Sequence record: SRR31147125_13840
Length of the DNA: 33,972 nucleotides
Strand: one strand, 5' to 3'
The notes below the pieces were generated by a model. That model was not told the origin of the DNA and did not search any database. It saw only the letters and a program-made list of their open reading frames with translations. Made by a program: the position numbers and the translations under genes. This document shows positions 28,651 through 33,972 of this stretch, one piece after another. Numbering within the stretch: the first letter of the stretch is position 1; every line of letters begins with the position of its first letter.

Positions 28651-30516
28651 ATGAAATGGAAATTCACTGAAATCAATCACATTGAAAAACTAACATTTGA
28701 TCAAACACTAGAAAGGTTTTATAATCAAGGAATTAGTGGATTAGTAAGAGAAAACATACAAAATTCATTGGATGCAAGATTAGATAAAAACAAACCAATT
28801 AAAGTAATTATCAAAACAGGCGAACATGATATGAATGATGTTCCGGGGTCTAATGAAATAGTAAATCATATTTCATCTTTAAAAGGTGGAAATGAATATA
28901 CTAGAGAAATCATAACTGATATGAAAAATCATATATCAGATCATAAATTTAACTATATCTCTTTTGAAGACACGAACACAAAAGGATTAACAGGATCAAA
29001 ATACGGACAGCAAGCTGATTCTAAATATTCATATGGTGCATATGCATATGCCACTGGTTATCATTTTGTAGATAGCGATGATCAAGTTGAAAAAATAAGA
29101 GGTGGTTCGCATGGAGTTGGTAAAATAGCATCTAATGCAGCTTCAATGTTTAACACGATGTTTTTTGCAAATCTTGATGAGACGGGACACAACACATTAG
29201 GTGGCACTATTCAACTTATAGAGCACACAATGAATGGTGATACTTATCGTTCGACAGGTTATTTTACTAATATGAATGATGAACAACGATTTATACCTTA
29301 TGTTAATGAAAACTACGCTAATATATTTGAAAAGAAAACGAGAGGTTTAAAAATTATTATACCGTTTTTAAAAGAGAAATTTAATGATAAAGAAGAAATA
29401 ATGAGAACTATATGTGATAGTTTTCTTTTAGCCATATTAAATAAAATATTAGTTGTACAAATCAATGATTCTATGATTGATCATGAAAATATTGAAGATA
29501 TTATATCTTCAACTATTTTTGATGATCATGAAATAGATTTACAATACTATACAAGAGCTTATTTAAAAACTCTAGAAACCGAACCACTAATAATCGAAAT
29601 ACCAAAAATAACTGAACCTTTTCATCAATTTAATTTATATTTAAGATATGATGAATCAATTGTCAAAGGTCGAACAGGTGTATTTAGATCTATTGGTATG
29701 AAAATAGAAGACAAATTAATTTCAGGGTATAGTAGAAAACCATATAATGCTATATTAGTACCACTTGAAGCGGATGGTGATCAATTTTTAAAATCGCTAG
29801 AAAATGAATCACATACTAAATTACAACATAGTCATTTTAGAAAAGAAGATTTATCTAGAGATGCTAAAAGATTCATCAATAAATTAAGTGAAGTTATAGG
29901 CCATCTCATTGATCAAAAAATTGATCAACAAAATCCTTCAGAAGGTATTATGGATACTTCTGATGTTTTATATGAACTTGACGATGCATTTAAACACTTT
30001 GCTGAAAAGAAATATTCTAAAGTAAATATTGGTATGGGAAAAACATCAAAAACACTAATAAAGACATCTGATACAGATGAAACTGGATTAACAGCTCGCA
30101 CAAAGAAAAACAAAGGATCAGGAAAAGGCACTAAATTCAAAAAAGTTAAGAAAACATTTGATGGACATAAGTATACATATTACTATGAAATTCCAAGTAG
30201 CAAAATCAAAAGACTTTCTGGGGATAAAGAAGATTATATAGAAATTAATATAGAAGATCAAGACATTGTTGAACAATACAACCTTGTTAATGTATATATA
30301 ACCTTGGTTGATGGTAATGGTAAAGAATATGTTAATGAATATAATTTAAAGTCAATATATCATCAAATACTAGATTTGAGCAGTAAAGAATTCAAAGATA
30401 ATACCAATAATGGTATATTAAACGTTTCAATAAAAAGTAATAAAATCAAGTTAAATTTATATCGATCAGATATAGATAAAGAATTATCAAAATTGAAATT
30501 TTACTTGGAGGCATAA
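28651..30516 (+). CDS. GHKL (MORC/MutL/Hsp90-like) ATPase, 621 aa
   Basis: RENIQNSLDA, EDTNTKGLTG, GGSHGVGK, TRG boxes; AAGGAG RBS supports ATG 28651 rather than 28588. Confidence 0.8.
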   Translation: MKWKFTEINHIEKLTFDQTLERFYNQGISGLVRENIQNSLDARLDKNKPIKVIIKTGEHDMNDVPGSNEIVNHISSLKGGNEYTREIITDMKNHISDHKFNYISFEDTNTKGLTGSKYGQQADSKYSYGAYAYATGYHFVDSDDQVEKIRGGSHGVGKIASNAASMFNTMFFANLDETGHNTLGGTIQLIEHTMNGDTYRSTGYFTNMNDEQRFIPYVNENYANIFEKKTRGLKIIIPFLKEKFNDKEEIMRTICDSFLLAILNKILVVQINDSMIDHENIEDIISSTIFDDHEIDLQYYTRAYLKTLETEPLIIEIPKITEPFHQFNLYLRYDESIVKGRTGVFRSIGMKIEDKLISGYSRKPYNAILVPLEADGDQFLKSLENESHTKLQHSHFRKEDLSRDAKRFINKLSEVIGHLIDQKIDQQNPSEGIMDTSDVLYELDDAFKHFAEKKYSKVNIGMGKTSKTLIKTSDTDETGLTARTKKNKGSGKGTKFKKVKKTFDGHKYTYYYEIPSSKIKRLSGDKEDYIEINIEDQDIVEQYNLVNVYITLVDGNGKEYVNEYNLKSIYHQILDLSSKEFKDNTNNGILNVSIKSNKIKLNLYRSDIDKELSKLKFYLEA

Positions 30517-30517
30517 C

Positions 30518-31381
30518 ATGATTTATGACAAAGAAGTAAGTTTTCCATATCCTATACTATCTAGATTAACTGAAGACTATCCTCATTCTAAATTTGAAAT
30601 AGTTACACATCTCTATGAAGAAGACCAGTCATATAGAATCGAAATTGATTATGACTTAAACAGTTCTTACTTAAAGAGTTTATTGATGAGTCATAAAGCA
30701 GATCTAAAAGCTATCGTAAGCTCTAAAGATAGCAAAATTTATACGTTAGATCATAATGATCAAACACAAACGATTAGGATTGAAAAAAAACGATTAGCGC
30801 TTAACAATGCGTTAAAAATACAATTGTTTATTGTATCAACAACTGATATTAATTTCAGATATAACGCTGATCTTGATCAGTTTTATAGAAAGCACAAAAA
30901 GAATATCAATGTAGGAAGGAACAATATCTTAGCATTTTCCAATGTAGAAAAATATAATGGAGATATAAGAAAACCTTTTGATATTATCGAAACAAAAGTT
31001 GATGAACGTTTGAAATCAGAGATTAAGATTGATATAGGAACGGAATTGATTACAATCACTTTCAAAGATAAAAAATATCAATTCTTGGAATTTGCAAATA
31101 AAAGACCTTTAAAAAACCATTATATTTATATGGCCTTACAAAAAGTATTAATGATTATGGTTAAAGAAATTTCGCAAAAAGAAGAACAAATCATAGTATC
31201 AAATGTTAATGAAGATGACCAGACAGAATTATATAGTAAAATGCTTGGCCTCCTTAAAAATAAAGGTGTATCTGTGGTAGACTTTGAAAACATTGATGAA
31301 GTTATATATCAAATAACTGATCATATTATTGATAAACATTATTTCGGTATATTAAAGGAAAGTGACCATTATGATAGTTAG
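30518..31381 (+). CDS. Hypothetical protein, second gene of the GHKL operon
   Basis: GGAGG RBS, starts 1 nt after the previous stop; N-terminal SFPYPIL...DY. Confidence 0.85.
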   Translation: MIYDKEVSFPYPILSRLTEDYPHSKFEIVTHLYEEDQSYRIEIDYDLNSSYLKSLLMSHKADLKAIVSSKDSKIYTLDHNDQTQTIRIEKKRLALNNALKIQLFIVSTTDINFRYNADLDQFYRKHKKNINVGRNNILAFSNVEKYNGDIRKPFDIIETKVDERLKSEIKIDIGTELITITFKDKKYQFLEFANKRPLKNHYIYMALQKVLMIMVKEISQKEEQIIVSNVNEDDQTELYSKMLGLLKNKGVSVVDFENIDEVIYQITDHIIDKHYFGILKESDHYDS

Positions 31382-32111
31382 ATTATTAAAGAAAGAATAT
31401 ATTCAAAGTGATTTATTTTATAATGATTTTAAGAATGATAAGGTGAAACAATTGAACCATTTTTCTTCAGAAAGTTATGAAATAGATCAATCGTATATTC
31501 CATTTTTTCCGATTTATATTAGTTACAGTGATGATCATAAGAGATATAAGAATTACTTAGAAGCTATTCATGTGATGATTGATTATATTGATAGTTTAGA
31601 TAGAACGATTGTTATGAATCATGATTTTTGGATATCTTTGATGGTCGTTAACTATCGTGATGAACTTATTAATAAATATCCACCTATTGTTAAAAAAAGA
31701 ACTTCTTTTGATAATATTATATTAAAAAAATTTAATTGGGAAAATTATGTTTATAAAATGCTATTAATGGCCCAATTTTTAGTTGATCATATTTATCCAT
31801 CTGAATACGATAACTACATTAGATTAATGAGTGATAATATGGATGTGTATAATTATATGATTAAATACCCAGTTTATCGAAATGATATATTTGTTTTAAG
31901 AGTTTTAAAGATTATAGATAAGTATGATATATCATCTGTTTTAAAGAAAAAAATACAATCTAGATATAGAGATGATAAAGATTTAAGAGTTGGTAGGAAA
32001 GTAATTTTCGAGTTTAATAAAAACTATCCTATCATTATTCCTCATATGATGAGTGATGAAGAGTTTGAGGTCCAGTTTATGAAGTTTGTGAAAATGTATG
32101 CAAATGAGTAG
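31371..32111 (+). CDS. Hypothetical protein, third gene of the GHKL operon (possibly divergent DUF6339-like)
   Basis: ATG 31371 overlaps the previous stop; NHDFWISL..YP, VIFEFNK; family guess is weak. Confidence 0.75.
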   Translation: MIVRLLKKEYIQSDLFYNDFKNDKVKQLNHFSSESYEIDQSYIPFFPIYISYSDDHKRYKNYLEAIHVMIDYIDSLDRTIVMNHDFWISLMVVNYRDELINKYPPIVKKRTSFDNIILKKFNWENYVYKMLLMAQFLVDHIYPSEYDNYIRLMSDNMDVYNYMIKYPVYRNDIFVLRVLKIIDKYDISSVLKKKIQSRYRDDKDLRVGRKVIFEFNKNYPIIIPHMMSDEEFEVQFMKFVKMYANE

Positions 32112-32198
32112 TAAAAGTGTCATCACGTATTAATGATTCGAGTGATTGCATATAGAAAATTATGGTGACATACTATATAATAAGATTATAAGTAAATC

Positions 32199-32271
32199 AA
32201 ACAACTAGAGCTGCATTTTGGGGAATGATTGTACTAACATGTTATAAAGCGGCATTTTAGTCCGCTTTTTT
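32199..32271 (+). promoter_or_regulatory. Conserved GGGGAATG leader / attenuator, copy C
   Basis: TATAAT 32176; TGCA-TTTTGGGGAATGAT-TGTA hairpin; terminator AAAGCGG-CATTTTAGT-CCGCTTTTTT. Confidence 0.8.
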
Positions 32272-32312
32272 GTATATTAATTCAATGATATAAAAATGAA
32301 AGGATAAACTCT

Positions 32313-32476
32313 ATGAGATTATATTATAATCCTGATTTATTATTTAAACATACACCTAAAGAGAAAAGAGAAATCTATTTAATAAGATTGTTGATTTGAG
32401 TAAAGCTATTGACAAAGAGAATATGATTAATCGAAAATTAATAAATAAAATATTATTAAAAAAGGGGGATAAATAA
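32313..32476 (+). pseudogene. Probable 54-aa basic small protein interrupted by a -1 frameshift
   Basis: AAAGGA RBS and ATG 32313 (MRLYYNPDLLFKHTPKEKREIY...). The -1 frame FNKIVDLSKAIDKENMINRKLINKILLKKGDK ends at TAA 32474-32476, abutting the next ATG. Confidence 0.5.
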
Positions 32477-32793
32477 ATGGAAAAGATAAACAAAAATTTT
32501 ATGGACGTTGCTGAGGTTGGCGATATAATTGAACTGGTAGAATTAACGACAAATAAAATCATAAAACGAAGACTAATCAGAGTTTCTCAACGAGTAGTAC
32601 CAATAATTATAAATGCGGTTAATTCAAATTATGATAAGTATAAATTAGAATCGACACATTTAACAAATCCTGAAACAGAAATAAATATAGAATCAGAAAT
32701 TGGAAAAAAATAAATGGAAAAAAAATAGGAGAAACATTTGCATTTCATCACAAAGAGTATCAGATTATTAATTTAATAAAAAACAGAGAATAA
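32477..32793 (+). pseudogene. Stand-alone GreA/GreB C-terminal-domain-like protein (about 105 aa if restored), frameshifted
   Basis: AEVGDIIEL...; one more A in A7 (32704-32710) gives INIESEIGKKINGKKIGETFAF..EYQIINL, matching the Gre-CTD pattern ISxxSPxGxALxGKxxGD. Confidence 0.6.
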
Positions 32794-32802
32794 TTTGGGG
32801 TT

Positions 32803-32831
32803 TTGTCATTTTAGGTTCATTTAAGGTTCAT
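32803..32831 (+). promoter_or_regulatory. 11-bp-periodic direct repeats (OmpR/PhoB-type box) upstream of the lipoprotein gene
   Basis: (G/T)TCAT at 32805, 32816 and 32827; AGGTTCAT twice. Confidence 0.5.
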
Positions 32832-32876
32832 CATGTATCATGTTCATATAAAACATGAAATGAAAGGGTGACCTTA

Positions 32877-33626
32877 ATGAAAAAGAAAATAATGTTATTC
32901 ATTTTAAGCATATCTTTTGTGAGCTTACTTGTTAGTTGTTCTAGTGATGATGTAGAACAATCAGTTGAAGGATATTTGGCAACATTTGTTTTAGATGAAC
33001 ATGTAAGTGTAACTATTTATGATACACAAGCATATACCGATGGATATGAATCAGTAACTGCTTATGCAAAAGACTCTGATACAGGTGAAGTTTTAACAGA
33101 TGGTGAAGGACAAATTAATTTTTTTGTTAGTGTCGATGAAGGTTATGAAATTGACACATTACTTGTCACACCTACAGATAATTATAAAAACTTAAAAGAT
33201 CCGGAAGAACTTGAACTTGATGATACATATCGTATCACAAAAGTTGAAGGTGATGTAACAGTGACTATTACTTCTAAAGAAGAAGGCAGTGAATCAACAA
33301 TCACTTCATTTGTAGGTACATTTATATTAGATGAACATGTCACAGTAACTGTTTATGATACCAGTGAATACATAAATGGTGAAGTAACAACTACAGCTTA
33401 TGCAAAAGACTCTGATACAGGAGAAGTATTAACAGATGGTAGTGGTCAAATTAATTTTGTAGTTACTGTCGATGAAGGTTATGAAATCGATACAGTAGTT
33501 GTTGTATCTGAAGATAATTATAAAAACTTAAAAGATCCAGAAGAATTAGAACTAGATGATACGTATCGTATTACTAAAATCACAGGAGATTTAACTATCA
33601 CGATTACAACTTCAAGTTCAAATTAA
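32877..33626 (+). CDS. Acidic lipoprotein with two tandem beta-rich repeat domains
   Basis: MKKK, hydrophobic core and LVSC lipobox; two ~100-aa near-identical repeats. Confidence 0.85.
   Translation: MKKKIMLFILSISFVSLLVSCSSDDVEQSVEGYLATFVLDEHVSVTIYDTQAYTDGYESVTAYAKDSDTGEVLTDGEGQINFFVSVDEGYEIDTLLVTPTDNYKNLKDPEELELDDTYRITKVEGDVTVTITSKEEGSESTITSFVGTFILDEHVTVTVYDTSEYINGEVTTTAYAKDSDTGEVLTDGSGQINFVVTVDEGYEIDTVVVVSEDNYKNLKDPEELELDDTYRITKITGDLTITITTSSSN
32982..33609 (+). repeat. Intragenic direct duplication, 336 bp offset
   Basis: For example GCTTATGCAAAAGACTCTGATACAGG at 33060 and 33396. Confidence 0.92.
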
Positions 33627-33657
33627 ACAAATACCATGTCATAATAACCCCACATAT

Positions 33658-33683
33658 AAACATCTCAGTTGAGATGTTTTTTT
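33658..33683 (+). terminator. Intrinsic terminator
   Basis: AAACATCTC-AGTT-GAGATGTTT followed by T4. Confidence 0.88.
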
Positions 33684-33729
33684 GTTTATCAAGGATTTTG
33701 TTATAATAAAAACATAGAGGAGGTGCACC

Positions 33730-33972
33730 ATGAAACAACACAAACTAAATGCTGGACCTTTATTAAACAATAAGGGAGAATTAATAGAATCAGGATATCA
33801 CACATCGTTGATTAAGACATATGACAAATCATTAGTTAAACATAAGCGTATGCGTTTAAAAGAATGGGATTACTATTATATAGGAAACAATGACTATGGA
33901 TTAGCACTTACTGTTGCAGATAATGGCTATATGTGGCTATTAAGTGTAACACTTCTTGATTTAAATTTAAAA
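33730..33972 (+). CDS. DUF2804-like protein, 3'-truncated by the window edge
   Basis: GAGGAGGTG RBS; MKQHKLNAGPLLNNKGELIESGY...RLKEWDYYYI..ALTVADNGY. Confidence 0.75.
   Translation, partial: MKQHKLNAGPLLNNKGELIESGYHTSLIKTYDKSLVKHKRMRLKEWDYYYIGNNDYGLALTVADNGYMWLLSVTLLDLNLK

Noticed and set aside
18209-32260. Conserved leader peptide in the GGGGAATG elements
   Set aside because: Neither conserved ATG gives a consistent ORF (MIALI, MDTL, MIVLTCYKAAF; MTIKRHLGVVF, an in-frame extension, ML). Conservation is better explained by base pairing
1657-32562. Short antisense ORFs (1657-1854, 12292-12744, 12832-13038, 14687-14875, 18017-18313, 24006-24212, 24322-24522, 27254-27448, 29925-30140, 30883-31065, 32356-32562)
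   Set aside because: Shadow frames opposite well-supported genes, with no RBS or recognisable motifs
18123-32800. Prophage, ICE or att-flanked element
   Set aside because: No integrase, phage or conjugation genes; only weak AT-rich similarity at the two borders
1-33972. tRNA/rRNA genes or a TGA=Trp genetic code
   Set aside because: No GC-rich structured RNA gene is visible; Trp is TGG throughout, and TGA ends intact genes such as hsdM and the GNAT

Overview
A very AT-rich bacterial chromosome segment using the standard code (TGA is a stop). Its style suggests a low-GC Bacillota or Acholeplasmatales/Izemoplasmatales-type organism (inference only). Bases 1-18 kb are mostly housekeeping and regulatory: a membrane PAS-GGDEF(degenerate)-HD-GYP protein, an IS3-family element, an OmpR/HK two-component pair flanked by lipoproteins and a tandem TTTGTCACA repeat array, an NYN-LOTUS protein, MarR plus a flavin reductase, a five-gene nqrB(rnfD-like)-C-D-E-F operon with no nqrA/rnfC, degV, a GNAT and a DEAD-box helicase with an attenuator-like leader. 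Bases ~18.2-32.8 kb form an integrase-less defence island. It holds a KAP/YobI-type membrane P-loop NTPase, a type I R-M locus with an extra half-HsdS, a DUF5677/HEPN-like gene, a GHKL-ATPase three-gene operon, and a small cassette encoding a GreA-C-terminal-like protein. The standout observation is three homologous ~65-80 nt leaders (18194, 28548, 32199), one at the head of each island cassette. Each follows a TATAAT and has a GGGGAAUG-loop hairpin, a covarying alternative (antiterminator) hairpin and an intrinsic terminator. This is a candidate undescribed RNA switch controlling defence genes. Six ORFs are each broken by one missing base, mostly in A-runs, which is most likely homopolymer sequencing error.
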